From NCBI GenBank assembly GCA_049700155.1, contig JBNAVX010000021.1, positions 1 to 46,599 of the forward strand: 46,599 bases of DNA, read 5' to 3'. This stretch comes from Thermodesulfovibrionales bacterium. GTDB lineage: Bacteria > Nitrospirota > Thermodesulfovibrionia > Thermodesulfovibrionales > SM23-35. The notes under the pieces were generated by a model, which did not search any database, was not told the DNA's origin, and saw only the letters and a program-made list of their open reading frames with translations. The position numbers and the translations under genes were made by a program. Below, piece after piece: positions 8,630-18,807 of the stretch. Position 1 is the first letter of the stretch. Each line of letters begins with the position of its first letter.

Positions 8630-9148
8630 ATGAAAAAAAACAAAGTCGTAAAGGATTTAATGATTGATGTTTTCAAATATCCGCACGTGCCTTATTGGTT
8701 TACGATAAGACAAACGATGATGATAATTAAAAAATCTCTTATAGAGAGCGAGAAACATTTTTATCCACTTGCGATATTAATATTCGATGAAAAATATAAT
8801 CTACTTGGTACATTGAGTATGAAGGATATTATTAGAGGACTTGAGCCCAGGTTTATGAAGACTTCAGAAAAGGCACAAGCTTATATATCAGAGGAAAAAG
8901 AACTATCAATTATATGGGATACCCTTTTTACTAAAGAATCAAAACAGCTTGCAGAGAAGCCTGTAAGTGATATTATGGTGCCTGCTAAGTTTTTTGTTGA
9001 ACCGGATGATCCCATAACAAAAGCAGCATATATAATGATATCCCATGGATTAGATTTATTGCCTGTTCTGGATAATAAGAAATTCGTAGGTCTTATAAGG
9101 ATGCCAGAGATATTTGATGAATTATCAAATGTAATTTTAAAGGAATAA
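8630..9148 (+). CDS. Stand-alone CBS-pair domain protein (long paralog)
   Basis: ATG 8630 behind RBS gaaggag (the ORF track starts at TTG 8606). Colinear with 3733-4155 but has about 35 extra residues between the two CBS motifs. Confidence 0.7.
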   Translation: MKKNKVVKDLMIDVFKYPHVPYWFTIRQTMMIIKKSLIESEKHFYPLAILIFDEKYNLLGTLSMKDIIRGLEPRFMKTSEKAQAYISEEKELSIIWDTLFTKESKQLAEKPVSDIMVPAKFFVEPDDPITKAAYIMISHGLDLLPVLDNKKFVGLIRMPEIFDELSNVILKE

Positions 9149-9164
9149 AATAGGGGGAGATAAA

Positions 9165-10688
9165 ATGGCAGAGGAAAAGGATGAAAGGGTTATAGCACCC
9201 GGTTTACCACCGCCACCTGAGGAGATAGTAGTTGCACCTCCCAAGGTTAAGATTGACTGGAAGAGGATATTTTTTATCCTTTTAGGATTAACTTTCTTTT
9301 TTCTTATTTATTTCAGTCCTCCCTGGCCTGATGCAGTTGACCCTTTGGGCAAGCATTTTGTTTTGTCACAGCAGGGGAAGTCAGCAATTGCATTATTTCT
9401 TCTTGCAGGCATATGGTGGGTATTTGAGGTTATCCCAATAGGTGCAACTTCTATTGCTATTGGTGTATTTCAGGCAATATTTGGTATTCGTTCTGCAAAA
9501 GATGCTTTCAAAGACTTTTTTGACCCTTCTGTATGGTTTATATTTGGCTCTGTAGTTATTGGTCTTGCATTCACAAAGACAGGACTTACAAAACGCCTTG
9601 CTGTTAAAATGCTCGGCATTGTAGGAGAGAAAACGAGCATGATACTGTTAGGTTCATTAATTGTTGTAGCAGGACTCACCCTTGTTATGGCTCATACAGC
9701 AGCAGCAGCTACTGTTTATCCGATTCTTCTTGCAGTCTATGCCCTTTATGGAGAAGGAGAGAAACAGACTAAATTTGGTAAAGCCCTTTTTATAGGTATG
9801 GCATATGCAGCGGGTGCCGGAAGCATTATTACATATTTAGGAGCAGCACGCGGACCTGCTGCTGCAGGTATGTTCAAGGAATTTACAGGTAGAGAAATGG
9901 GGTTCTTTCAGCTTCCCCTCTATATGTTTCCAGTTGCAGCAATCATGATCTTTGTAATATGGGTATATTTGATGATTTTCCTGAAGCCTGAGAAAAAGAC
10001 GATCCCTGGTCTGAAAGAGAAAGTAAAGGAGCTTGCAAAGGAAATAGGGCCTATGACCGGGCCCGAGAAGTTTGTGATTGTTACTGTTGCGCTTGTTGTT
10101 TTATTAATGGGTGCTCAGGCATTTGTCCCTGCCTTAAAGGGAATAGACAGGGCAGCAATCATGCTCATCGGAACGCTGTTGTTCTTCCTGTTCAGGATAC
10201 TGACAATAAAGGAGCTTGAGGACATGCCATGGAACATCATCCTTCTCTTTGGAGGGGCAATGAGCATTGGTTTCTGCCTCTGGAAATCAGGAGGAGCACA
10301 GTGGCTCGCAATTGAGTGGCTTGCATTATTTAAACAGGCACACTGGATGATATTCGTACTGAGCGTTGCATTCTTCGTCCTCGTAACGACCAACTTTATC
10401 ATGAATGTGGCAGCGATTGCTCTTTCATTGCCTATCTCCCTTGTTGTCGCAGGTTATATGGGTGTAGCGCCTGAGGTAATAGTCTATGCGTCTCTTGTTA
10501 CAGCAGGGATGCCGTTCGTGCTTTTAATTGGTGCTGCACCGAATGCAATAGCCTACGGCTCCGGGCAATTCAGTACGGGCGAATTTTTCAAACACGGCAT
10601 ACTTCCCTCTATCATCTTGATGGTTGTTCTCGCAGCGGCAATCTATTTCCTCTGGCCGATTCTGGGTATGCCGGTGTTGGTTAAATAA
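9165..10688 (+). CDS. Anion permease of the ArsB/NhaD - DASS (SLC13-like) superfamily
   Basis: 507 aa and polytopic, with a two-fold internal architecture and a central hydrophilic loop (KPEKKTIPGLKEKVKELAKEIG). Family call rests on overall pattern only. Confidence 0.6.
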   Translation: MAEEKDERVIAPGLPPPPEEIVVAPPKVKIDWKRIFFILLGLTFFFLIYFSPPWPDAVDPLGKHFVLSQQGKSAIALFLLAGIWWVFEVIPIGATSIAIGVFQAIFGIRSAKDAFKDFFDPSVWFIFGSVVIGLAFTKTGLTKRLAVKMLGIVGEKTSMILLGSLIVVAGLTLVMAHTAAAATVYPILLAVYALYGEGEKQTKFGKALFIGMAYAAGAGSIITYLGAARGPAAAGMFKEFTGREMGFFQLPLYMFPVAAIMIFVIWVYLMIFLKPEKKTIPGLKEKVKELAKEIGPMTGPEKFVIVTVALVVLLMGAQAFVPALKGIDRAAIMLIGTLLFFLFRILTIKELEDMPWNIILLFGGAMSIGFCLWKSGGAQWLAIEWLALFKQAHWMIFVLSVAFFVLVTTNFIMNVAAIALSLPISLVVAGYMGVAPEVIVYASLVTAGMPFVLLIGAAPNAIAYGSGQFSTGEFFKHGILPSIILMVVLAAAIYFLWPILGMPVLVK

Positions 10689-10693
10689 AGAAT

Positions 10694-10725
10694 GACACGG
10701 CGACTCGGTGAAACGGTGACACGGT
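10694..10725. repeat. Octamer tandem repeat GACACGGC GACTCGGT GAAACGGT GACACGGT
   Basis: Read directly; lies immediately 5' of the four-helix-bundle gene remnant. Confidence 0.6.
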
Positions 10726-10737
10726 GAAAGAAAGCAA

Positions 10738-10905
10738 ATGGCAGAGAACATTAGAACGTATAAAGATTTAAGAGTATTTCAACATGCAATGGAATCTGCT
10801 ATGAGGATTTTTGAAATTACAAAGACTTTCCCCGTTGAAGAACGGTATTCCCTTGTTAATCAGATAAAACGGTCATCAAAAAAGGAAGGTTACCATGGCT
10901 TTTGA
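10738..10905 (+). pseudogene. Truncated four-helix-bundle protein gene ('23S rRNA intervening-sequence protein' family), N-terminal ~47 aa retained
   Basis: MAENIRTYKDLRVFQHAMESAMRIFEITKTFPVEERYSLVNQIKRSS matches the family N-terminus (DLxVWQxA...FPxEERYxLxxQxRRAA). It then diverges and stops at 10903-10905, overlapping the next gene's start. Confidence 0.6.
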
Positions 10906-11608
10906 AAAAGTTATACATAAATATTTTGACAAGGTTCTTACTGAGGTTGATTTTGTGAAAAAGACCTATAATGCTCTGGAAAAATACGGATTCAATGACG
11001 AAAATGCAATTGCATCTGTCTGTATATGCAGGGATGAGATATCCCAACCACTGAGGAGTATAATAAAACATATATGGGGTGAAGCATTTGACCTTTCAAG
11101 TCTCGGAGGAATGTTTTTTGCTGGTAAGGCTGGGCTAAAAGCAATAATGCATCATGCGCCTGTATTTGCAGGTAAAGAACGATATGTCTTTTATGCCTTA
11201 CCCCACATTGCAATTGGAGAGAATGGCAAGTTAGGTGTGTGTAAAAGAAGAGGTAGAAAAGAAGAGTCAAATGCTTGCGGGGCATTAACTGTATTTTTGA
11301 ATGAACTTTCAAGCAAAAAACTGAATATTGCGATGGATTATGAAGACATTGAGTTGAGTTTAATTAGAACTCGTCTTTTAAGAGAGCTTACATATGGTCA
11401 TGTTCCTGACCTCATACAATTGACAAAAATAGCGTTAAAAGCCATTAAAGAAGACATAGAAAATGCACTGAAAAAAACTATAGACAAAAAACACAGCGAC
11501 TATGCATTAATAATGGGGATACAGATAAATGCCCCTGACGGCAATTATATCTGGCCTGCTGAATGTTATGTATTTGTGAATGGAATTAAAAAAGATGTTA
11601 CATTATAA
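10895..11608 (+). CDS. LCIB/LCIC-like beta-carbonic-anhydrase-fold protein (tentative)
   Basis: Motifs CICRDE (C43/C45), LPHIAIG (H104), NACGAL (C128). The Cys-His-Cys spacing (about 59 and 24 residues) matches my recollection of the LCIB-family zinc ligands. 27 nt upstream of the V-ATPase E gene. Confidence 0.5.
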   Translation: MAFEKVIHKYFDKVLTEVDFVKKTYNALEKYGFNDENAIASVCICRDEISQPLRSIIKHIWGEAFDLSSLGGMFFAGKAGLKAIMHHAPVFAGKERYVFYALPHIAIGENGKLGVCKRRGRKEESNACGALTVFLNELSSKKLNIAMDYEDIELSLIRTRLLRELTYGHVPDLIQLTKIALKAIKEDIENALKKTIDKKHSDYALIMGIQINAPDGNYIWPAECYVFVNGIKKDVTL

Positions 11609-11635
11609 AAAACTGGAGTATATAAGGAGTTTCTG

Positions 11636-12247
11636 ATGGCAGAAGATATTAAGAGTTTAATAGAGAAAATTCAGCAAGAGGGAATTAAGGCAGCAGAAGA
11701 AAAAGCAAAAGAAATAGAAGATGAGGCAAAAAAACAGGCAGACCTTATATTAGAGAATGCGCGTGTACAGGCAGAAAGATTGCTTTCCGAGACAAAAGAT
11801 AATCTTGCCAGAATGGAGCAGAGTCAAAAGGCACTTCTTGCTCAAGCAGGAAGGGATCTAATCCTTACCCTAAAAAAAGAGATCAATGCGATGCTTGAGA
11901 GGCTTATCAAACAAGAAATTCAAGAATCTATGAGACCTGAAGAAATGGCAGATATTATTAGTCAGATAATCAAAAGTGACACGACACTAAGCAAAGGGGA
12001 CATTATTGTTACACTTAGTCAAACGGACAGGGATAAATTAGAGAAAGGATTTTTAGCCAAACTTAAAGAAGAGGTTAAAAGAGGGATTGTCTTGAGGCCC
12101 TCAGAAGAAGTTCGCTCAGGTTTCCTCATCAGCTTTGATGGTAATAAATCATATTTCGATTTTAGCGACAAAGCACTGGCAGAATATATAGCTTCATACC
12201 TTAAACCAAAGCTTGCTGAATTACTTAAAAACGCTCTTAAGGAATAG
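11636..12247 (+). CDS. atpE: V-type ATPase subunit E
   Basis: About 200 aa with a long charged N-terminal coiled coil (IKAAEEKAKEIEDEAKKQADLILENARVQAERL); first position in the V-ATPase operon. Confidence 0.8.
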   Translation: MAEDIKSLIEKIQQEGIKAAEEKAKEIEDEAKKQADLILENARVQAERLLSETKDNLARMEQSQKALLAQAGRDLILTLKKEINAMLERLIKQEIQESMRPEEMADIISQIIKSDTTLSKGDIIVTLSQTDRDKLEKGFLAKLKEEVKRGIVLRPSEEVRSGFLISFDGNKSYFDFSDKALAEYIASYLKPKLAELLKNALKE

Positions 12248-12250
12248 ATT

Positions 12251-12823
12251 ATGGTAAAATTTTATACTTTTTTGGTTTCAAGTTTGCCAGCTTTGCTTTT
12301 TGGAATGAAGCCACCTTTCTCATACGAGCGTTTTCTTGAAATCTGCAAGCCTCTTATCCCCAGAGAGGACTTTCTATTATTAAGTACCCTTCCAATCACA
12401 ATTGATGAATATAGCAAAGGCATAAGACATCCTATGGTAGAGAAGTGGCTTGCCTTTGATACAATGCTAAGAAACGAATTAGTCAAAATAAGAGCTTATA
12501 AAATGAAAATAGATGAGTCTAAATACATGCGTGGTAAAACACCTATTGATATGACAATTTATCAGACCGCTATTTTAAGCACTAAGAGTACCTCGATACT
12601 TGAGGCAGAAAAAATATTGGATGAAGCACGTTGGCAAGCTCTTGATGATTTATGTTTTGGGCATTATTTTGACATTGATTACTTGATCCTTTATGCATAT
12701 AAGCTAAAGATTTTAGAACGCTGGGAAAGGATTCATTCTCAGGATAAAGAAAGACTCACAATAGTATATACCGAATGGACTACTGGTGAAACAATTACAC
12801 AGCCGGGGTCTGCTACAGGGTGA
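12251..12823 (+). CDS. DUF2764-type V-ATPase-associated protein (occupies the slot between E and A in Bacteroidetes/Chlamydia-type operons)
   Basis: N-terminus YTFLVSSLPALLFG is typical of the family, and the operon position fits. Confidence 0.6.
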   Translation: MVKFYTFLVSSLPALLFGMKPPFSYERFLEICKPLIPREDFLLLSTLPITIDEYSKGIRHPMVEKWLAFDTMLRNELVKIRAYKMKIDESKYMRGKTPIDMTIYQTAILSTKSTSILEAEKILDEARWQALDDLCFGHYFDIDYLILYAYKLKILERWERIHSQDKERLTIVYTEWTTGETITQPGSATG

Positions 12824-14586
12824 AAAAAATGGAAGAGAAAAGAATAGGTTTAATTGAGAAGGTAAGTGGGTGTATGGTGGCGGTAAGATTCAATACTTAC
12901 GCTATTCAGAATGAAGTAGCTTTTATTATTCACGACCAGGTCCGTCTGAAGTCTGAGGTAATAAGGATTCGAGGCAACATTGCAGAACTGCAAGTTTTTG
13001 AACCTACTGTAGGTGTAAAAGTAGGAGAAAAAGTAGAATTTACAGGAGAGCTTTTGTCTGTTGAACTCGGACCCGGGCTCCTTGGGCAGATATTTGATGG
13101 GCTTCAGAATCCTTTACCTGCTTTAGCAGAAAGATGTGGTTTCTTTTTAAGAAGAGGCACTTATTTAAGGGCGCTACCAGAAGATGTTGAGTGGAATTTT
13201 ACTCCTACAGTAAAGGTAGGAGATTTAGTTCGCGCCGGTGAAAAAATAGGCTTTGTTCCAGAGATGATATTTAAACACTTCATTATGGTACCATTTAGCT
13301 TAAAAGGAACTCTGGAAGTAGTCAACATAGTTAAAGCAGGTAATTATACCCTCAGAGATAAAATAGCTCAGGTTAAAGACTCGGAAGGTAAAATCCATGA
13401 TATCTATCTCTCTCAAAAGTGGCCTGTAAAGATACCTATTCGTGCATACGCGGAGAAACTTAGACCCACAGAGCCTCTTGTTACAAAGATGCGTATCATT
13501 GATTCACTATTTCCTGTCTGCAAGGGAGGTACATATTGTATTCCCGGACCCTTCGGTTCAGGCAAGACTGTCTTACAACAACTGACAAGCAGGCATGCAC
13601 AGATAGATATTGTGATTATAGCTGCCTGTGGAGAACGTGCAGGTGAAGTTGTGGAAACACTGAGAACCTTTCCTTATCTGAATGATCCACGCACGAATAG
13701 ACCATTAAGTGAGCGCACTGTTATTATCTGTAATACCAGCTCTATGCCTGTAGCAGCAAGAGATTCAAGTGTATATACCGCAGTTACTATAGCAGAGTAT
13801 TACCGCCAGATGGGTTTACATGTTTTATTGCTTGCAGATTCAACTTCTCGCTGGGCGCAGGCGATGCGCGAGATGTCAGGTCGTCTTGAGGAGATTCCAG
13901 GAGAAGAGGCTTTTCCTGCATATCTTGAATCCCGTATCGCCTCTTTTTATGAAAGGGCAGGAATAGTTAGATTATACGATGGAAATCTTGGCTCCGTTAC
14001 CATTGGCGGGACAGTAAGTCCTGCAGGTGGAAGCTTTGAAGAGCCTGTAACCCTCGCAACATTAAAAGTGGTTGGTGCATTCCATGGTCTTTCATGGGAT
14101 CGCTCTAATGCAAGGAGATACCCTGCAATTGACCCATTAATAAGCTGGAGTAAGTATAGTGGCATTATTGATCCTAAGCAGGTCCAGCGTGCAAAAGAAT
14201 GCTTAAGAAGGAGTAACGATATTGCACAGATGATGAAGGTGGTTGGTGAAGAAGGAACTTCCCTTGTAGATTATGTAGATTATTTAAAAGGAGAATTCCT
14301 TGATTTTGTATATTTACAGCAAAATGCTTATGATCCAGTAGATGAAGCTACAGATGAAGATAGGCAAAAATACGTTTTCGGGTTCATTTATGAGAATGTA
14401 CTTGAAAAAGAATTTGCCTTTAAAGATAAAGAGGATGCATTGCATTTTTTCCACATATTAAGACAACTCTTTCGCGGTTGGAATTCCTCTGTCTGGGATT
14501 CAGATGAGTTCAGACGCACACAAGAGGAGATAGAAAGTACATTAAAGAGAAAATTAGTGAAAGGGGAGGAGAAGGTTTATGCCTAA
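12820..14586 (+). CDS. atpA: V-type ATPase catalytic subunit A
   Basis: Walker [46 protein letters not shown]. Start is GTG 12820 (overlapping the upstream stop) or ATG 12829. Confidence 0.95.
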   Translation: MKKMEEKRIGLIEKVSGCMVAVRFNTYAIQNEVAFIIHDQVRLKSEVIRIRGNIAELQVFEPTVGVKVGEKVEFTGELLSVELGPGLLGQIFDGLQNPLPALAERCGFFLRRGTYLRALPEDVEWNFTPTVKVGDLVRAGEKIGFVPEMIFKHFIMVPFSLKGTLEVVNIVKAGNYTLRDKIAQVKDSEGKIHDIYLSQKWPVKIPIRAYAEKLRPTEPLVTKMRIIDSLFPVCKGGTYCIPGPFGSGKTVLQQLTSRHAQIDIVIIAACGERAGEVVETLRTFPYLNDPRTNRPLSERTVIICNTSSMPVAARDSSVYTAVTIAEYYRQMGLHVLLLADSTSRWAQAMREMSGRLEEIPGEEAFPAYLESRIASFYERAGIVRLYDGNLGSVTIGGTVSPAGGSFEEPVTLATLKVVGAFHGLSWDRSNARRYPAIDPLISWSKYSGIIDPKQVQRAKECLRRSNDIAQMMKVVGEEGTSLVDYVDYLKGEFLDFVYLQQNAYDPVDEATDEDRQKYVFGFIYENVLEKEFAFKDKEDALHFFHILRQLFRGWNSSVWDSDEFRRTQEEIESTLKRKLVKGEEKVYA

Positions 14587-15889
14587 GGTCTATACTGATA
14601 TAATTCAAATCGCTGGAGATGTTATAACTGTCGAAGCTGAAGATATTGGCTACAACGAGATTGCTGAGATTACCACAAGTCGTGGTGTCTCTTTGGCTCA
14701 GGTGATTAAGCTTGACGGTAATAAAGTATTTTTGCAGGTCTTTGCTGGAAGCAAAGGTATTTCTAAAAGAGACAAGGTTCGTTTCCTGGGACGACCTATG
14801 CAGATATCAAGCGGGGAAAATCTCTTAGGTCGTATATTTAATGGAAGTGGTCGCCCACTGGATAACGGTCCTGATCTCTCTGAGAATCTGGTTGATATTG
14901 GCGGACCCTCAGTCAATCCTGCTAAAAGAATTATTCCAAACAAAATGATACGTACAGGAATACCTATGATTGATGTCTTTAATACATTTGTTGAGTCTCA
15001 GAAACTACCAATTTTCTCAATTGCTGGTGAGCCATACAATGAACTCCTAGCAAGAATAGCTATTCAAGCGGAGGTTGACATTATCATACTGGGAGGAATG
15101 GGGCTGAAATATGATGATTACCTCTTCTTCAGGGATATCTTAGAGGAGCAGGGAGCATTGTCACGATCTATCTTCTTTGTTCATACTGCAAGCGACCCCG
15201 TAGTTGAATGTCTATTAGTCCCTGATATCAGCTTGGCTGTAGCAGAAGGGTTTGCCCTTTCCGGAAAACGAGTGTTAGTCTTACTTACTGATATGACAAA
15301 TTTCTGTGATGCCCTGAAAGAAATATCAATAACAATGGAGTTAGTTCCTTCAAATAGAGGTTATCCAGGAGACCTTTATAGCCAATTAGCAAGCAGATAC
15401 GAAAAGGCAGTTGATTTTGAAGGAGCAGGGTCAATTACTGTCTTCGCAGTGTCTACTATGCCTGGTGATGATGTTACACATCCTGTACCAGATAACACTG
15501 GCTATATTACAGAGGGACAATTTTACTTAAAGGGTGGCGTAATTGAGCCATTTGGTTCTTTAAGCCGTCTAAAACAACTTGTAAATGGAAAGACCCGTGA
15601 AGATCACCGCACTATTATGGATACCATGATTCAGCTATATGCAAATTATCGTGAGACAAAAGAAAAATTAGCTATGGGTTTTCTGATGAGTCCATGGGAT
15701 AAAAAACTTCTTAAATATGGCAAAATTTTTGAAGAGAAGATGATGTCATTGAAGGTAAATATTCCGCTTGAAAAGGCACTGGATTTAGGTTGGGAGATTT
15801 TAGCAGAGTGTTTTACTCCAGAGGAGACAGGCATAAAGAAGTCAATGATCGAGCGATTCTGGCCAAAAGAAAAAATGGCACAAGTATAA
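14579..15889 (+). CDS. atpB: V-type ATPase subunit B
   Basis: Non-catalytic B-subunit pattern ([63 protein letters not shown]). Overlaps the end of A. Confidence 0.95.
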   Translation: MPKVYTDIIQIAGDVITVEAEDIGYNEIAEITTSRGVSLAQVIKLDGNKVFLQVFAGSKGISKRDKVRFLGRPMQISSGENLLGRIFNGSGRPLDNGPDLSENLVDIGGPSVNPAKRIIPNKMIRTGIPMIDVFNTFVESQKLPIFSIAGEPYNELLARIAIQAEVDIIILGGMGLKYDDYLFFRDILEEQGALSRSIFFVHTASDPVVECLLVPDISLAVAEGFALSGKRVLVLLTDMTNFCDALKEISITMELVPSNRGYPGDLYSQLASRYEKAVDFEGAGSITVFAVSTMPGDDVTHPVPDNTGYITEGQFYLKGGVIEPFGSLSRLKQLVNGKTREDHRTIMDTMIQLYANYRETKEKLAMGFLMSPWDKKLLKYGKIFEEKMMSLKVNIPLEKALDLGWEILAECFTPEETGIKKSMIERFWPKEKMAQV

Positions 15890-15903
15890 ACTCAATTTTT
15901 GAA

Positions 15904-16521
15904 ATGGCTAAATATAAATTAAATAAGACCGAATTGAAGAAACTACGCGACGCACTCCGTCAATATGAGAGATTCCTGCCCACACTTCAACTAAAGAAAC
16001 AGCAATTACAGATGGAGATACTGCATCAGTTGATTCTTTTAAAAGAGAAAGAAGAACTTTTAGCAAAAAAGAGGGAAAATATCCTGAGTTGGGCAGGACT
16101 TCTTGGAGAAGCACCAGAAGAATTAAAAACATGGCTGACTCCAAAAAATGTTGTTACTACAACTAGGAATATAGCTGGAGTAGATTTGCCAGTATTTTGT
16201 AACGTCGAATTTCCTTTTGTTGAGTATGACATCTTTCTTATGCCTTTATGGCTAGATTCAGCTATCGAGATACTTAGAGATATAATAACCTTACGTGAAG
16301 AAATAAGCGTGATTAAAAGGGGTATAGAAGTCTTAAGAAAGGAATTGCGTATTACTACACAGCGGGTTAATCTTTTTGAGAAAGTAAAAATTCCTGAGAC
16401 CAAAGAGGCAATACGCCGTATTAAGATATTCCTTGGCGACCAGATGGCTAATGCTGTTGGTCTTGCAAAGATTGCCAAAAATAAGCTCGGGCAGGAAGGT
16501 TTAGAGGAGGTAATTTTATGA
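15904..16521 (+). CDS. atpD: V-type ATPase subunit D
   Basis: MAKYKLNKTELKKLRDALRQYERFLPTLQLKKQQL is a typical D-subunit N-terminus. ATG 15904; the 15790 extension overlaps atpB. Confidence 0.85.
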   Translation: MAKYKLNKTELKKLRDALRQYERFLPTLQLKKQQLQMEILHQLILLKEKEELLAKKRENILSWAGLLGEAPEELKTWLTPKNVVTTTRNIAGVDLPVFCNVEFPFVEYDIFLMPLWLDSAIEILRDIITLREEISVIKRGIEVLRKELRITTQRVNLFEKVKIPETKEAIRRIKIFLGDQMANAVGLAKIAKNKLGQEGLEEVIL

Positions 16522-18287
16522 TTGTGCCTATGAAAAAATCAACCATAATAGTACTCGCCAGGGAAACAGAAAGTTGCCTGAAGGAATTAAGGAGGTTAGG
16601 GGTTTTACATATTGAACATCATCAGGTGCCACAAGGCAAAGATATAACAGTTCTCAAAGATGAGATAACACTCCTTAACGATGCACTTGGCATCCTCATC
16701 CAGACAGACCCTTCGTGTCCCTCGATGGCAGAAAAGGAAGAAATAAAAGTTGAAGATTGGAAGCATCTCGCACGAAATATCATTGAAACACGTAAAAGAA
16801 TCGAGCATGCTGAAGAATATATTAGAAATTTATCTGTTCAGATTGAGCAGTGGAAACCCTGGGGTGACTTTGACCCTGAAGAAATTAAAAAGTTAAGAGA
16901 AAAAGATATATATATAAAACTCTATCAGATTCCTTTCATGGATTTAAGAGATCTCCCAAAAGATTTAACGATAAAGACTATATTCACTGAAAAAAAGATA
17001 GCTCATTGTATAGTAATCGGTCGCAAAGAATTCAGCCTTCCTTTTAGAGAGATAGGTCTTCCTCGCTTGGGACTACATATAATGCATAAAAGGCTAATTG
17101 AAAACTCAGAAACTTTAAAGGCACTCAAGGAAGACTTGCATAGATTCTGTAACTTCTACCAGATGCTAATTAAAATAAAGAAAAGATTAGAAAAAGAACT
17201 TGAGATGCAGGAGGCGGTGAGAGGAATGGGTGTGGCTGGTGAACTGGCTTATGTCACTGGTTATATCCCTGTTGATACTGCCCAGACTTTATCGGATTTT
17301 GCTAAAGAACAGAAATGGGGTATTTACATCACCGATCCATCAGAAGAGGATTCAGTGCCTACCCTAATTCGCAATAAACGTTGGGTTAACATAATTACTC
17401 CATTGTTTAAATTCCTTGATATTATCCCCGGTTACAGGGAGCTGGATTTCAGCCCTATTATTCTAATCTTTTTCAGTCTATTTTTTGCTATGATTATAGG
17501 TGATGCTGGCTATGGTCTAATCTTTCTATCTATTACTGCTCTTATTCACAAGAAAAAAGGTAAGAGAATACAGAATAAAACAGCCCTTTTCCTTTTTTAT
17601 CTGTTAAGTTTATGTACTATTCTTTGGGGATTGCTTACAGGAACCTTCTTTGGTCAACAATGGAATTTAAAAGGTGGTTTGAAACCGATGATTCCAGCAC
17701 TGACTGATACAAAAGTCCTGCAGACCTTTTGCTTTTTTCTTGGTGCACTCCAGTTGAGCATTGCCCATTTATGGCGAGCAATCATTAAATTTCCCTCTCT
17801 TACTGCCATAGCAGAAATCGGCTGGATTACTATATTATGGGCTGCTTTCTTTCTTGCTAGGACGCTTATTCTTGGCGAAATGTTTCCTTATTCTGGCAAA
17901 TGGTTAATCATCGCTGGAATCACAATGGTCATCTTATTTTCCAGCCCGCAAAGGAATATCCTCAAGACGATAGGCAAAGGGTTGGCAAGTGTATCATTGA
18001 GTCTCATGAATAATTTTACAGATGTAGTTTCATACATACGTCTCTTTGCTGTAGGGCTTGCAGGTGTTGCAATTGCTGATACAGTAAACACACTTGCTTC
18101 AACTGCCAGTGGAGGAAACTGGCTAATTTCAGCACCTATTCTTTTGATCGGGCATTCAATAAATTTTGTTCTTGGACCAGTAGGAGTTCTTGTTCATGGA
18201 GTTAGGCTTAATGTTCTTGAATTTTCAAGCCATGCTGGTGTGAGCTGGAGCGGCATAGAATATAAGCCCTTAAAAGAAAAAGAATAA
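16518..18287 (+). CDS. atpI: V-type ATPase subunit I (a-type membrane stator)
   Basis: Soluble N-terminal half plus polytopic C-terminal half carrying the conserved Arg region (DVVSYIRLFAVGLAG). Confidence 0.9.
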   Translation: MIVPMKKSTIIVLARETESCLKELRRLGVLHIEHHQVPQGKDITVLKDEITLLNDALGILIQTDPSCPSMAEKEEIKVEDWKHLARNIIETRKRIEHAEEYIRNLSVQIEQWKPWGDFDPEEIKKLREKDIYIKLYQIPFMDLRDLPKDLTIKTIFTEKKIAHCIVIGRKEFSLPFREIGLPRLGLHIMHKRLIENSETLKALKEDLHRFCNFYQMLIKIKKRLEKELEMQEAVRGMGVAGELAYVTGYIPVDTAQTLSDFAKEQKWGIYITDPSEEDSVPTLIRNKRWVNIITPLFKFLDIIPGYRELDFSPIILIFFSLFFAMIIGDAGYGLIFLSITALIHKKKGKRIQNKTALFLFYLLSLCTILWGLLTGTFFGQQWNLKGGLKPMIPALTDTKVLQTFCFFLGALQLSIAHLWRAIIKFPSLTAIAEIGWITILWAAFFLARTLILGEMFPYSGKWLIIAGITMVILFSSPQRNILKTIGKGLASVSLSLMNNFTDVVSYIRLFAVGLAGVAIADTVNTLASTASGGNWLISAPILLIGHSINFVLGPVGVLVHGVRLNVLEFSSHAGVSWSGIEYKPLKEKE

Positions 18288-18303
18288 GAAAAGGAGAGGA
18301 GAT

Positions 18304-18768
18304 ATGGAAGGTGTAGAAATGATGGTCCAATTTCGTGATTTAGGAGCAATACTTGCTCTGGCATTGTCAGCTTTTGGTTCTGCCTTTGGAACTGGAATCT
18401 CTGGAATGGCAGCCATCGGAGCGTGGAAAAAAAATTTTATCCAGAATAAACCACCCTCTTTCTTATTGGTAGCCCTGACAGCTGCTCCCCTTACCCAGAC
18501 AATTTACGGTTTCATACTCATGCAAAATATGGTAGGAGCAATTGCAATTAAAGAACATTATCTCTGGGGCGTAGGAGCTTTTGCAGGAGCTGCTATTGGA
18601 CTGTCTGCATTCTGGCAGGGAAAGTGTGCAGCATGCGCTTGCGACTCAATGGGTGAGACTGGCAAGGGTTTTGGCAATTATATTGCTGTTTTAGGTATGA
18701 CCGAAACAGTGGCGCTTCTGGTGATGGTTTTTACTATCGTCGTCTTAAAGCGCCTCGCTGGAGCATAA
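18304..18768 (+). CDS. atpK: V-type ATPase proteolipid subunit K (double-hairpin c subunit) with Na+-binding signature
   Basis: 4 TM. PLTQTIYGF, FWQGK and MTETVAL align with Enterococcus hirae NtpK T64/Q65, Q110 and E139. Confidence 0.85.
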   Translation: MEGVEMMVQFRDLGAILALALSAFGSAFGTGISGMAAIGAWKKNFIQNKPPSFLLVALTAAPLTQTIYGFILMQNMVGAIAIKEHYLWGVGAFAGAAIGLSAFWQGKCAACACDSMGETGKGFGNYIAVLGMTETVALLVMVFTIVVLKRLAGA

Positions 18769-18807
18769 ATAAATCTAAACGTTGCATAAACAGATTCGAT
18801 TTTGATC

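Noticed and set aside
15790-15903. Upstream extension of the V-ATPase D ORF
   Set aside because: It overlaps the atpB coding sequence in another frame. The typical D-subunit N-terminus begins at ATG 15904.
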